This document shows, in pieces, positions 8,559 through 18,556 of a stretch of 64,000 nt of DNA. The notes beneath the pieces were generated by a model that saw nothing but the letters and a program-made list of their open reading frames with translations, made no database searches and was not told where the DNA came from. The first letter of the stretch is position 1, and every line of letters begins with the position of its first letter. The translations under genes and the position numbers were made by a program. This DNA is from Gemmatimonadales bacterium (GTDB lineage Bacteria > Gemmatimonadota > Gemmatimonadetes > Gemmatimonadales > GWC2-71-9), in NCBI GenBank assembly GCA_037189525.1, contig JBBCJC010000001.1, positions 128,001 to 192,000 of the forward strand, written 5' to 3'.

Positions 8559-10136
8559 CTACGAGACGGGCCGAGTCGACGTCGTGATCTGGGTACCGGG
8601 ATCCGGCTGATCGTTGCCGTCCGCTTCCTGCTTGCCCAGGAAGCCCGGCAACTCCACTCCGCCGATATCCCGCATCACCTGCATCATCGGTGGCAAGGTG
8701 CGCACCATGCTTTGCAGGAAGTTGGCCGCCCCGCCCGATCCGGTGCCCGCACCGCCCTCCCACACCACCACCTTGTCGAACTTAATATTCGAGATGGCCT
8801 TGGCCGAGGTTTCCGCCAGCGTGTCGAGGTGCTCGAGCATCATCATCTGATACGCTTCCTTCGCACCACCGCAGGCCGCTACGATCTCTTTGAGCGCCGC
8901 CGCCTTCTTGGCCAGAATTTCGTACTGACCCCGCGCCTCGGCCTCGAGCTTCATGTAGATCGCCTGCGCCTCGGCGGCCGCCTCGAGTTTGCGCCGCTCC
9001 GCCGCCGCCTCCGCTTCCACGATGACCTGCGCCTTCTCGGCCTTGGCCGGCGCCTCCAACGCGGCGCGGCGCTCCGCCTCCACCCGCTCAGCCTCGGCGA
9101 TCGCGGCTTTGGCCAAAGCTCGGTTCTGGGCTTCGCGCACCAGCGCCTCGGCCTCGCGCTTCTTGATCTCGGTGAGCTGGAAGGCCTCGGCCTGGCGGAG
9201 CTGGAGCTGTGCCTGACTCGCGACGATCATCGTCTGCGACTCGACCTCTCCCGCGATCGCGGTGGCCTCGGCGGCGGCAATCGCGACACGGCGTTCCCGC
9301 TCCGCATCCTTGACCTGTGCCTCCCGCTCGAACACGGCGCGCTGCTCCGCGACCGTCTGCTCCTTCGCCAGCTCGGCAACCCGAACCGCCGTGTCCCGCT
9401 CGGCTTCACGGGTGCCGATTTCCCGGAGCTTGGAAGCGCTGGCCACCTGCACGGTCCGTTCGCGCTCGGCATCGGCCACCCGCACTTCGCCCAGCTTTTC
9501 CTGCTCGGCCACGTCGCCGCGGGCCTGCTGCACGGCTTGCGCAGCGGCTTTCTTGCCGATCGCCTCGATGTAGCCGGAGTCGTCCTTCAAGTCGGTGATG
9601 TTCACGTTGATCAGCACCAGGCCGATCTTCTTGAGTTCCGGCTCGAGCGACTTCTGGACCCGGTGCAGGAAGCCGTCCCGGTCGCGATTGATCTCTTCGA
9701 TGCCCATCGACGCAATCACCTGGCGCATCTGGCCGAAGATGATGTCCTGCGCCTGACGCTTGATCTGATCGTGCGGCAAGCCGAGCAGGCGGATCGCCGC
9801 GTTCTGACGAACCTCGGCTTCGGTCCCGATCGCCACCGTGAATACGCTGGGCACCGCCACCCGGATGTTTTCGAGCGAGAGCGCATCGCGCAACGGGATT
9901 TCGATCTGGATCGGCTCGAGACTCAGGTAGGCAAACTCCTGGATCACGGGCCACACGAAGGCGCCACCGCCGGAGATGCACTTCGCCACGCCGTCGCCGC
10001 CCACCTTACCGGAGATGACCAGCACCCGATTGGCCGGACAGCGCTTGTAGCGCTTCACCACCATCGAGATGAAGCCCAGCATCAGCGACGAGCCGAAAAC
10101 GATGGCCAGGATCGACCACAATGGGAGTTCGAACAT
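8559..10136 (-). CDS. Flotillin-like SPFH domain protein
   Basis: N-terminal TM, RYKRCP.N.VLVISG, GGGAFVWPVIQ, IEEINRDR, long Ala/Glu coiled coil. Start moved to ATG 10136. Confidence 0.9.
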   Translation of the reverse strand: MFELPLWSILAIVFGSSLMLGFISMVVKRYKRCPANRVLVISGKVGGDGVAKCISGGGAFVWPVIQEFAYLSLEPIQIEIPLRDALSLENIRVAVPSVFTVAIGTEAEVRQNAAIRLLGLPHDQIKRQAQDIIFGQMRQVIASMGIEEINRDRDGFLHRVQKSLEPELKKIGLVLINVNITDLKDDSGYIEAIGKKAAAQAVQQARGDVAEQEKLGEVRVADAERERTVQVASASKLREIGTREAERDTAVRVAELAKEQTVAEQRAVFEREAQVKDAERERRVAIAAAEATAIAGEVESQTMIVASQAQLQLRQAEAFQLTEIKKREAEALVREAQNRALAKAAIAEAERVEAERRAALEAPAKAEKAQVIVEAEAAAERRKLEAAAEAQAIYMKLEAEARGQYEILAKKAAALKEIVAACGGAKEAYQMMMLEHLDTLAETSAKAISNIKFDKVVVWEGGAGTGSGGAANFLQSMVRTLPPMMQVMRDIGGVELPGFLGKQEADGNDQPDPGTQITTSTRPVS

Positions 10137-10143
10137 CACGACC

Positions 10144-10713
10144 TCACGGCAAACGGGGAGGATCGCCGCTGCCGGCGACCAAATCCGACGCGACCACGAT
10201 CGTCTCGTCGTCCACGATGTCCACGACACGGATCGGCGTGCCGGTAGGGAGCGCTTCGTCGTCCGTCACCGCCACCAACTCGGCCAGCCGGCCGCTCACC
10301 GGGACGTGCACCTTGCCCGATCCGCTCCGCGCGCCGGGCACCGTCAGGTAGACGAAGCCCCGCTCGCCGATGGACGTCGCGATGTGCGCGGTGCGGTCGC
10401 TGTCGAGCCGGCGAAGCACCCGCGTCGCATATGCCACACTCGTCATCGCACCGAATCCGGCAACGACGCCCACCGGCGCCGACAGGATACTGCCCAGACC
10501 GAGCCACTGGCCGGCCAACCCGCCGATCCCGAAGAACGCGACGCCCGCCGAGAGCGCGCGGACGCTGAACAGATCGAGACCGCCATCACTCGCGAGATCG
10601 TGATGGTCGACACCGTGATCGGCGCCGTGGTCGGAACCGAAGACGCTGAGCGCGGTCTGCAGGAGGAGCAGAACCCCGCCGACACCCACGCAGACGAAGT
10701 AGAAGGTGGCCAC
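10144..10713 (-). CDS. NfeD-like flotillin partner protein
   Basis: N-terminal TMs plus C-terminal OB-like domain (G.VYLTVP...SGKVHV...G.PIRVV), directly upstream of the SPFH gene. Confidence 0.8.
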   Translation of the reverse strand: MATFYFVCVGVGGVLLLLQTALSVFGSDHGADHGVDHHDLASDGGLDLFSVRALSAGVAFFGIGGLAGQWLGLGSILSAPVGVVAGFGAMTSVAYATRVLRRLDSDRTAHIATSIGERGFVYLTVPGARSGSGKVHVPVSGRLAELVAVTDDEALPTGTPIRVVDIVDDETIVVASDLVAGSGDPPRLP

Positions 10714-10934
10714 GATCTGAAATGAATACCGCCACCTCTGACTCGGCACCAGCCCGGACCGGCGGATCTATCCCCGGATCCGGGGCATTCGGCCGGGCCG
10801 ACCCGTTTCCCGATTCGAGTGGGCGCAACTGACCTCGTTGCAAGAGGTTAGGATGCCGTCGCACAACGCTTCTCGCCATGCCGGTCCGCGACTATTCTTC
10901 TAGGTTGGATTCCGCCATCAGATTGGAGACCACG

Positions 10935-11888
10935 TTGGCGCTGCCGTTGGTGCAACTGACCCGTTCCCCCGCCGCTCCAGAAGCAGGGCGACCCCTCCCG
11001 GTCGCGGATGCTCCGATCGAGCGGAAGCCCTCCTGGCTCAAGGTGAAGGCCCCGGGGGGTGGTAACTATATCCGAATCAAGAAGTTGATGCGCGACCTGG
11101 GCCTGCACACCGTCTGCGAGGAGGCCCGCTGCCCGAACATCGGCGAGTGCTGGGAACACAAAGCCGCCACGTTCATGATCCTGGGCGACGTCTGCACCCG
11201 CAACTGTGCCTACTGCGCGGTTGCCCACGGCACCCCGGCGCCATTCGACCCCGTCGAACCGGTCCGGCTGGCCGAGGCGGTCGCCGAGATGGGGCTGCAG
11301 CATGTGGTTATTACCTCGGTCGACCGGGATGACCTGGAAAACGGGGGCGCCGAAGCGTTTGCCGGATGTATTACCGAGATCAAGAAGCGACTGCCTCGGA
11401 CCTCGGTCGAGGTGCTGATCCCCGACTTCAAGGGATCGGAAAAGGCCCTGGCCATCGTGATGGAGGCCCGGCCCGACATTCTCAATCACAATCTGGAAAC
11501 GGTCGAACGGCTCTACCGGCTGGCGCGACCGGGCGGGCGGTACCCGCGGGCCCTTCAGGTCCTGGCGAACGCCCGTAAGCTGGTGCCCGACGGCCTAACC
11601 AAGTCCGGCATCATTTTGGGCCTCGGCGAGGAATGGGACGAACTGCTGCACGCCATGCGGGATCTGCGTCGCTCGGACGTCAACATCCTCACCCTCGGCC
11701 AGTATCTTCGGCCCTCGGACGGCCACCTGCCGATTGCTCGGTACTATACGCCCGAGGAGTTTGCCGAACTCAAGGTCATCGGGATCGAGATGGGCTTTGA
11801 CCATGTGGAAGCCAGTCCGCTCACCCGATCCAGCTATCACGCCTGGGAGCAAGTCGACCAGGCCAAGGCTTCCAAAGCGAGCTCATGA
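10935..11888 (+). CDS. lipA: Lipoyl synthase
   Basis: RKPSWL, CEEARCPNIGECW, CTRNCAYC radical SAM motif, RSSYHA. TTG start after GGAG. Confidence 0.97.
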   Translation: MALPLVQLTRSPAAPEAGRPLPVADAPIERKPSWLKVKAPGGGNYIRIKKLMRDLGLHTVCEEARCPNIGECWEHKAATFMILGDVCTRNCAYCAVAHGTPAPFDPVEPVRLAEAVAEMGLQHVVITSVDRDDLENGGAEAFAGCITEIKKRLPRTSVEVLIPDFKGSEKALAIVMEARPDILNHNLETVERLYRLARPGGRYPRALQVLANARKLVPDGLTKSGIILGLGEEWDELLHAMRDLRRSDVNILTLGQYLRPSDGHLPIARYYTPEEFAELKVIGIEMGFDHVEASPLTRSSYHAWEQVDQAKASKASS

Positions 11889-12931
11889 CGACAACGACCA
11901 AGAAAACCTCGAGTGCCAAGTCGGCGGTACAAAAGCCGCCGGACCAGGCCACCCAAGCGCTCCATCGCTCATTCCTCCGGCAGATGCTCCTGATCCGCCG
12001 TTTCGAAGAGCGCGCCGGCGAGGCCTACTCGATGGGCAAGATCGGCGGATTCTGTCACCTCTACATCGGCCAGGAAGCGGTTGCCGTCGGCACCATGGCC
12101 GCCCTGCGCCCCGACGACCACGTCATCAGCGCCTATCGTGAACATGGCCAGGCACTGGCTCGCGGCATGACGAGCCGGGCCGTGATGGCCGAGCTGTTCG
12201 GCAAGGCCACCGGGTGTTCGGGCGGTAAGGGCGGCTCGATGCACCTGTTCGATGCCTCGCTCGGATTCCTGGGCGGCCACGGCATCGTCGGCAGTCACAT
12301 TCCGCTCGCGGCCGGCGTCGCGTTCGCGCACAAGTACCGCGGCGGCGACCAGGTCTGCGTCTGCTTTTTCGGTGAAGCGGCGGTGAACATCGGCGCCTTT
12401 CACGAGACGCTCAATATGGCGTCGCTCTGGGGGCTGCCGGCCATCTTCATCGTCGAGAACAACGGCTACGGGATGGGGACCGCCGTGTCCCGCGCCGCTG
12501 CCGTCACGACCCTGTCCGAGCGCGGCACCTCGTACGACATGCCGGCGGAAACGGTCGACGGCCAGGACGTCCTCACGGTGCGCGCGGCGGTTGAAGCCGC
12601 GGTCGCCCGGGCGCGCACCGAGTCGAAGCCCACGCTGCTCGACATCAAGACGTACCGCTACGTCGGCCACTCGATGTCCGATGCGGCCCACGGCACCTAC
12701 CGCTCCAAGGAAGAAGTCGACGAATTCCGTCGCCGCGATCCGATCCAGGTGCTGGTCGATCAGATGCGGGCCGGCGGGTATTGGGACGACGAGCAGCATC
12801 AAGCGCTCGAAGCCGATGTCGCCGCGGAGGTCGAAGACTCGTACACGTTTGCCGAGGAATCGCCCGATCCGGATCCGTCGGAGCTGCTGACCGACGTGTA
12901 CGCACCGACCGGCGACGAGGGGAGCAACTGA
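11885..12931 (+). CDS. pdhA: Pyruvate dehydrogenase E1 alpha subunit
   Basis: [25 protein letters not shown]...ENN TPP motif, [10 protein letters not shown]. Confidence 0.96.
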   Translation: MTTTTKKTSSAKSAVQKPPDQATQALHRSFLRQMLLIRRFEERAGEAYSMGKIGGFCHLYIGQEAVAVGTMAALRPDDHVISAYREHGQALARGMTSRAVMAELFGKATGCSGGKGGSMHLFDASLGFLGGHGIVGSHIPLAAGVAFAHKYRGGDQVCVCFFGEAAVNIGAFHETLNMASLWGLPAIFIVENNGYGMGTAVSRAAAVTTLSERGTSYDMPAETVDGQDVLTVRAAVEAAVARARTESKPTLLDIKTYRYVGHSMSDAAHGTYRSKEEVDEFRRRDPIQVLVDQMRAGGYWDDEQHQALEADVAAEVEDSYTFAEESPDPDPSELLTDVYAPTGDEGSN

Positions 12932-13908
12932 TGGCTACGCTCACATATCGTGACGCCCTCAATCAGGCGCTCCGTGAAGAGATGACGCGCGACGATCGCG
13001 TCTTCCTGATGGGTGAAGAGGTGGCAGAGTACGACGGCGCCTACAAGGTGAGCCGCGGCCTGCTCAAGGAGTTCGGCCCGAAGCGCGTGGTCGACACCCC
13101 GATTGCCGAGTTGGGTTTTGCCGGTATCGGCGTCGGCGCCGCGATGGTCGGCCTCCGTCCGATCATCGAGATGATGACCTGGAACTTCGCGCTCCTGGCC
13201 ATCGACCAGATCGTCAACTCCGCCGCCAAGATGCGGTACATGTCCGGCGGTCAGATCGGGGTGCCGATCGTGTTCCGCGGACCGGGCGGCGCCGCATTAC
13301 AGCTTGCTGCGCAGCATTCGCAGGCGTTCGAGAGCTGGTACGCCCACATCCCCGGGCTCAAGGTCATCGCCCCGGCCACGCCGGCCGACGCGAAGGGGCT
13401 GCTCAAAGCCGCCATCCGCGACGACGACCCGGTCGTCTTCATTGAAGGCGAGATGCTCTACAACCTGAAGGGCGAGGTTCCGGACGAGGAGCACGTGATT
13501 CCGATCGGCAAGGCGGACATAAAGCGCGCCGGCTCGGACGTGACCATCATCTGCCATTCGAAGACGGTCGCTCCGGCGCTCAAGGCCGCCGAAGCGCTCG
13601 CTGCGGATGGCATCGAGGCCGAAGTCATCGACCTTCGGACCATCCGGCCCCTCGACGTCGAGGCGATTCTGACCTCGGTTGCCAAAACCAATCGCTGTGT
13701 CGTCGCCGAAGAAGGCTGGTCCTTCGCGGGTGTCGGTGCGCAGGTGGTCGACACCATCCAGCGTGAGGCGTTCGATGCGCTCGACGCGCCGGTGCTGCGG
13801 GTGACCGGTGCGGACGTGCCCATGCCGTACAACAAGTTCCTGGAGCGGGCGGCCAAGACCGATGCCGCCAAGATCCAGGACGCCGCCAAGAAAGTGCTGT
13901 ACCGCTGA
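12931..13908 (+). CDS. pdhB: Pyruvate dehydrogenase E1 beta subunit
   Basis: [36 protein letters not shown] overlap with pdhA. Confidence 0.96.
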   Translation: MATLTYRDALNQALREEMTRDDRVFLMGEEVAEYDGAYKVSRGLLKEFGPKRVVDTPIAELGFAGIGVGAAMVGLRPIIEMMTWNFALLAIDQIVNSAAKMRYMSGGQIGVPIVFRGPGGAALQLAAQHSQAFESWYAHIPGLKVIAPATPADAKGLLKAAIRDDDPVVFIEGEMLYNLKGEVPDEEHVIPIGKADIKRAGSDVTIICHSKTVAPALKAAEALAADGIEAEVIDLRTIRPLDVEAILTSVAKTNRCVVAEEGWSFAGVGAQVVDTIQREAFDALDAPVLRVTGADVPMPYNKFLERAAKTDAAKIQDAAKKVLYR

Positions 13909-15197
13909 TGGCCACCAAGATCGTGATGGAGGCGCTCTCGCCCACGATGGAGGAAGGGCGCCTGGTCGAGTGGAAGAAGAACGAGGGCGACACCGTCGCC
14001 GTCGGTGACGTGCTGGCCGAGGTCGAAACCGATAAGGCCGTCATGGAACTGGTGGCGCGCGGCGCCGGCACCCTGCTCAAGCAGGCGGTCGCCGCCGGCA
14101 CCACCGTTCCCGTGTCGGATCTGGTCGGCTGGATCGGTGAGCCGGGCGAAAACGTCGACGGAAGCAAGGCCGCGCCCGAAGCGCCCGCCGGCGACAAGAA
14201 GGCCCAGCCGGCATCCGCTGCCAAGCCAGTGGATGCGGCTGCCGAGCAACCGGCCGCCGACACCTCGGCCAAGGCGGCTCCGGCTCAACCCGCGGCAGCA
14301 CCGGCCCCTGAAGCCCCCGCAACGACGGGCCGGGTCAAGGCGTCGCCCTTGGCCCGGAAGATTGCCGCCGACAAGGGCGTCGATCTGGCGCGGGTCAGCG
14401 GATCCGGACCGGAAGGTCGCGTCATCAAGCGCGATCTCGACGGCGTATCGGCCGCACCGGCCGCTGCAGCACCGGCCCGGAGCCTTCGGCAGGCGGACAA
14501 GCCGACAGGTCCGGCATTCGAGGACGTGCCGCTCTCGCAGATTCGCAAGACGATCGCCAAGCGACTGGTCCAGTCGATCGGCCCGATCCCGACGTTCTAC
14601 CTCACGTCGGAAATCGACATGGAGCGCGCCGCCGATCTGCGTGAGCAGCTCAAGGGCGCCTACGGCGACTCGGCCAAGGTCTCGTTCAACGACCTGGTGG
14701 TCCGGGCGACGGCCCTGGCGCTTCGTGCGCATCCGGCGGTCAACGCCTGGTGGCAGGATGATCACATCAAGCAGTGGAACGAAGTCCACATCGGCATGGC
14801 GGTCGCCATTCCCGACGGGCTGATCACGCCGATCATCCGGAACACCGATCAGAAGTCACTGCTCGAAATCGGCGCCGAGGCCAAGGCGTTGGCGGGCCGG
14901 GCGCGCGCCCGGAAGCTGCAGCCCGAGGAGTATACCGGCGCCACGTTCTCGATTTCGAATCTCGGGATGTACGACATCGAGCACTTTACTGCCGTGATCA
15001 ACCCACCGGAGGCCGGGATTCTCGCGATCGGGTCGATCGCTACCATTCCGGCGGTGGTGAATGGCGCCGTCGTGCCGCGGAAGCGGATGCGGATCACCAT
15101 GTCGTGCGATCATCGCGTCATCGACGGTGCCACCGGCGCCGAGTTCCTGAAGACGCTCAAGCAGCTGTTGGAGAATCCCGTCGCCCTGGTATGGTGA
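13908..15197 (+). CDS. pdhC: Dihydrolipoamide acetyltransferase E2
   Basis: Lipoyl domain ETDKA, E3-binding ASPLARK, catalytic DHRVIDG. Confidence 0.96.
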   Translation: MATKIVMEALSPTMEEGRLVEWKKNEGDTVAVGDVLAEVETDKAVMELVARGAGTLLKQAVAAGTTVPVSDLVGWIGEPGENVDGSKAAPEAPAGDKKAQPASAAKPVDAAAEQPAADTSAKAAPAQPAAAPAPEAPATTGRVKASPLARKIAADKGVDLARVSGSGPEGRVIKRDLDGVSAAPAAAAPARSLRQADKPTGPAFEDVPLSQIRKTIAKRLVQSIGPIPTFYLTSEIDMERAADLREQLKGAYGDSAKVSFNDLVVRATALALRAHPAVNAWWQDDHIKQWNEVHIGMAVAIPDGLITPIIRNTDQKSLLEIGAEAKALAGRARARKLQPEEYTGATFSISNLGMYDIEHFTAVINPPEAGILAIGSIATIPAVVNGAVVPRKRMRITMSCDHRVIDGATGAEFLKTLKQLLENPVALVW

Positions 15198-15255
15198 CAC
15201 CCGTAACTCGGGCGGCGCCTGGCGCCGCCTTTCAACCCTGACTCTCGAGGTAGCT

Positions 15256-16650
15256 GTGTCCACCTTTGATGTCATCGTGCTCGGCGGCGGCCCCGCCGGT
15301 TACGTCGCAGCCATTCGGGCTGCGCAGCTCGGCCTCTCGACGGCGGTCGTCGAGAAGGAGAAGCTGGGCGGCGTCTGCGTCAACATCGGCTGCATTCCGA
15401 CCAAAGCGCTGCTGCACAGCGCCTATGCGCTCAACCTGATCAGCCATGATGCCAAAGCGCTCGGCATCGAGGTCGGCGAGGTCAAGGGCAACTACGGCGT
15501 CGCCATGAAGCGGTCACGCCAGGTGTCGGAGCAGAACTCGAAGGGCGTCGAGTTTCTGATGAAGAAGAACAAGGTCACCGTCATCAAAGGGACCGGAACG
15601 TTGCTGCCCGGCAAGAAGGTCAAGGTCGGCAACGACACCCACAGCGCCAACAAGGCCGTGGTCATCGCGACGGGCTCCCGGGTCAAGGGGATTCCCGCCA
15701 TCGGGCTCGAGATCAACAAGACCACGGTCATCAGCTCCGATGAAGCGCTGTTCCTCGAGAAGGTGCCGGCCTCGATTGCCATCGTCGGCGCGGGTGCCGT
15801 CGGTTCCGAGTTTGCCGACATCTTCAATGCATTCGGGTCGAAGGTCACCCTGATCGAAGCCTTGCCGCGCATCATCCCGATCGAAGACGCCGAAGCGTCG
15901 GATGCCCTGACCAAGAGCTACAAGAAGCGCGGCATTGCCGTGCTCGCCGGCGCCAAGGTCCAAAAGGCCACGGTCGGTGCGAACGACGTGACCCTGGAAG
16001 TCGAAGCCGGCGGGAAGACCGAGAAGGTCACGGTCGAGAAGGTGCTGATGGCGGCGGGTCGCGCAGTCAACACCGAGAACATCGGCCTCGACAAGGTCGG
16101 CATCAAGCTCACCGACCGCGGGTTCATCCAGGTCAACCTGGCCAACCTCGAGACCACGGCCGCCGGCTACTACGCCATCGGCGACGTGGCCGGTCCACCG
16201 ATGCTGGCGCACAAGGGCAGCCGCGAAGGCACCTACGTGGCCGAGGTGATTGCCGGGCACAAGCCGCATCCGATCAAGTACGACAACGTGCCGAGCGTGA
16301 CGTACTGCCATCCGGAAGTGGCCAGCATCGGTTTGACCGAAGAGCAGTGCAAGGAGAAGAAGCTCGACTACCAGGTCGGCAAGTTCCCCTTCAGCGCCAA
16401 CGGTCGCGCGCGCGCGTCGAACGACACGGAGGGCTTCGTCAAGATCATTCGCGACAAGAAGTACGGCGAAATCCTGGGCGCCACGATCGTCGGCGGCCAT
16501 GCATCCGAGATGATCCACGAACTGGCCGTGGCGCGCGAGAACGAGTACACGGTGGAAGAGGTCGATCTCGCCATCCATGCCCACCCGACGCTCTCCGAGG
16601 CGATTGCCGAGGCGGCGCTCGACTCGATGGGCCGCGTCATCCACACCTGA
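15256..16650 (+). CDS. lpdA: Dihydrolipoyl dehydrogenase E3
   Basis: GGGPAGY, GGVCVNIGCIPTK, MLAHK, HAHPTLSE. Confidence 0.97.
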   Translation: MSTFDVIVLGGGPAGYVAAIRAAQLGLSTAVVEKEKLGGVCVNIGCIPTKALLHSAYALNLISHDAKALGIEVGEVKGNYGVAMKRSRQVSEQNSKGVEFLMKKNKVTVIKGTGTLLPGKKVKVGNDTHSANKAVVIATGSRVKGIPAIGLEINKTTVISSDEALFLEKVPASIAIVGAGAVGSEFADIFNAFGSKVTLIEALPRIIPIEDAEASDALTKSYKKRGIAVLAGAKVQKATVGANDVTLEVEAGGKTEKVTVEKVLMAAGRAVNTENIGLDKVGIKLTDRGFIQVNLANLETTAAGYYAIGDVAGPPMLAHKGSREGTYVAEVIAGHKPHPIKYDNVPSVTYCHPEVASIGLTEEQCKEKKLDYQVGKFPFSANGRARASNDTEGFVKIIRDKKYGEILGATIVGGHASEMIHELAVARENEYTVEEVDLAIHAHPTLSEAIAEAALDSMGRVIHT

Positions 16651-16653
16651 GGC

Positions 16654-17163
16654 ATGACGACCGGTCCATCCGATCCGAATTCTACCGAGCCGACGGCAAC
16701 GCCCGTCGGCTTGGTGTTTGGGTCCCTGATGATTGCCGTGCTGATCGGCATCGGTATCACGGCAGTCGTCAGCTTCATCGTCCGAACCCTGCAGATCCAG
16801 GCGGCCCCGCCGGCAGCGCCCGATGCCCAGAGCGCGCTCGCCAATGCCCTGGCGAGCGGTCCGATTCAGTTGTTGTTCGCGGGCGTCGTAGTGGCCTGCT
16901 TCAGCGCCGCCCTGGTCGCCTGGCGGCTCACCGCACCGACCCGTGATCCGTTCCGGCGGGGCGTCGTCGGCATCATGGCGGCACTCGGCACTTTCGTTGC
17001 CGGCTTTGCCACCACCGTCGTTGCGGACCAGGCGGCACTCGCGCTGGCGACTCCCGATCCCGACGGGCTGCCGAGCCGGATCGGCTTCGTGATCCTTGCC
17101 GTCCTCGCGTTCGGGGCGGCCGCCCTGCTGCGAGCCCGGCGCCGACCCGGTCATCGTTCATGA
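16654..17163 (+). CDS. Hypothetical membrane protein (about 4 TM)
   Basis: Hydrophobic ORF 3 nt after lpdA, with a 4-nt overlap onto lipB. Confidence 0.7.
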   Translation: MTTGPSDPNSTEPTATPVGLVFGSLMIAVLIGIGITAVVSFIVRTLQIQAAPPAAPDAQSALANALASGPIQLLFAGVVVACFSAALVAWRLTAPTRDPFRRGVVGIMAALGTFVAGFATTVVADQAALALATPDPDGLPSRIGFVILAVLAFGAAALLRARRRPGHRS

Positions 17164-17864
17164 GCAGAGCGATTCGCGTCGTCGACCTGGGCCGTCGAGG
17201 GTACGGTGAGGTCCTGGAGATGCAACGGCGCCTCTGCCGGGAGCGGATCGAAGGCGGCCGAACCGAAGATCTGCTCCTGCTGGTCGAGCACGACCCTGTC
17301 GTGACGCTGGGCCGCGGCACCAGGGCGTCCAGCCTGCCCTTCGACCGCCTAACGCTCGAAGCCCGCGGCCTCGAGGTCTTCGAGATCGAGCGCGGCGGAG
17401 ACGTCACCCTGCACGCGCCCGGGCAGCTGGTCGGATATCCGATTTTCCATCTCGAGACCTATCGCCCCGATCTCCACTGGTACCTGCGGCAGCTCGAGCA
17501 GGCGCTGATCGACGCCCTGGCCGAGCTCGGCGTGCCGTCCGATCGGAACCCCGGTCTCACGGGAGTCTGGACCGGCAATCGCAAGATTGCGAGCATCGGG
17601 ATCCATGTGAAACGCTGGGTTACCTTCCACGGCTTCGCGCTCAACGTCACCACCGCGCTCGATCTGTTCCAATGGATCGTGCCCTGCGGCATTCACGGCG
17701 TGACCATGACCAGCATCGCAGAGGAACTCGGCGATCGCGGGCAGGCTGGGGGACTGGATGGGCGGGTTCGCCAGGCGGTCATCGACGCCTTCGGTCGGGT
17801 CTTCGACCGTACCATGATTATTGGAGACCCCGCCGATCTTGCGCCGATCGAGGCGGCCTCCTAG
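17160..17864 (+). CDS. lipB: Lipoyl(octanoyl) transferase
   Basis: LLVEHDPVVTLG, RGGDVTLHAPGQLVGYPI, KIASIGI, HGFALNV, IVPCG. Confidence 0.95.
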   Translation: MSRAIRVVDLGRRGYGEVLEMQRRLCRERIEGGRTEDLLLLVEHDPVVTLGRGTRASSLPFDRLTLEARGLEVFEIERGGDVTLHAPGQLVGYPIFHLETYRPDLHWYLRQLEQALIDALAELGVPSDRNPGLTGVWTGNRKIASIGIHVKRWVTFHGFALNVTTALDLFQWIVPCGIHGVTMTSIAEELGDRGQAGGLDGRVRQAVIDAFGRVFDRTMIIGDPADLAPIEAAS

Positions 17865-17960
17865 CCCCCTGCCGCCGTACGGACCAGCCCCACGAAAATC
17901 ACACGAACCTCGGCAAACGATTGCCCATAGACCGCCCCAATCGGTTATCTTTCAGGCGCT

Positions 17961-18509
17961 ATGGCCGAACCGTTGGATCGCGCGAAGCTCGACGCCGCCG
18001 CAGGCGACAAGGTCAGGGATATCCTGCAGGCCTCCTCACGATGGGCCCAGGAAGTTCCGACGGCGCTCACGCCGAGTATTCGGGCCGTCTGCGTCCGACT
18101 GGCGGAAATGGTGGCCGACCAACGCCACTACCTGGCGCCGTTGCCGGAACCGCAGGAATCGGAGCGGGCCTCTCTCCTCACAGCCATTGCCGAGCAGCTG
18201 CGATCGGCGGCGGTCACCGAAGGCATTGACGGCCTCCTGGCCGAGTTGTCCGAGATGGAACTCCGCGCCACGGCATCGTGGTCGCTGGTCGACGGCGCAC
18301 AGAGCGAGTGGATCGCCACCGCGATTCGGTTCCTCGAAGCAAAATCGGCTGCCCTGCCGAAGGCGGAGCAGCCGGATGCTTATTGGGCCGACGATGTCGT
18401 CGCCGGAATCATCGCGTCGGTCCGCGCGCTGATCGGGGTCGACGAACTGCAGGCGCGGACCGAGGCTCGCTACTCAGGCGCCTACAAGCGGCCACCCGAG
18501 CCGGAATGA
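17961..18509 (+). CDS. Hypothetical helical protein
   Basis: 182-aa ORF with ordinary composition. No family recognised. Confidence 0.6.
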   Translation: MAEPLDRAKLDAAAGDKVRDILQASSRWAQEVPTALTPSIRAVCVRLAEMVADQRHYLAPLPEPQESERASLLTAIAEQLRSAAVTEGIDGLLAELSEMELRATASWSLVDGAQSEWIATAIRFLEAKSAALPKAEQPDAYWADDVVAGIIASVRALIGVDELQARTEARYSGAYKRPPEPE

Positions 18510-18556
18510 ACGAGGTGGCGTGCAGCCTTCGCCGCACGCCACTCCCTGCTACGGCC

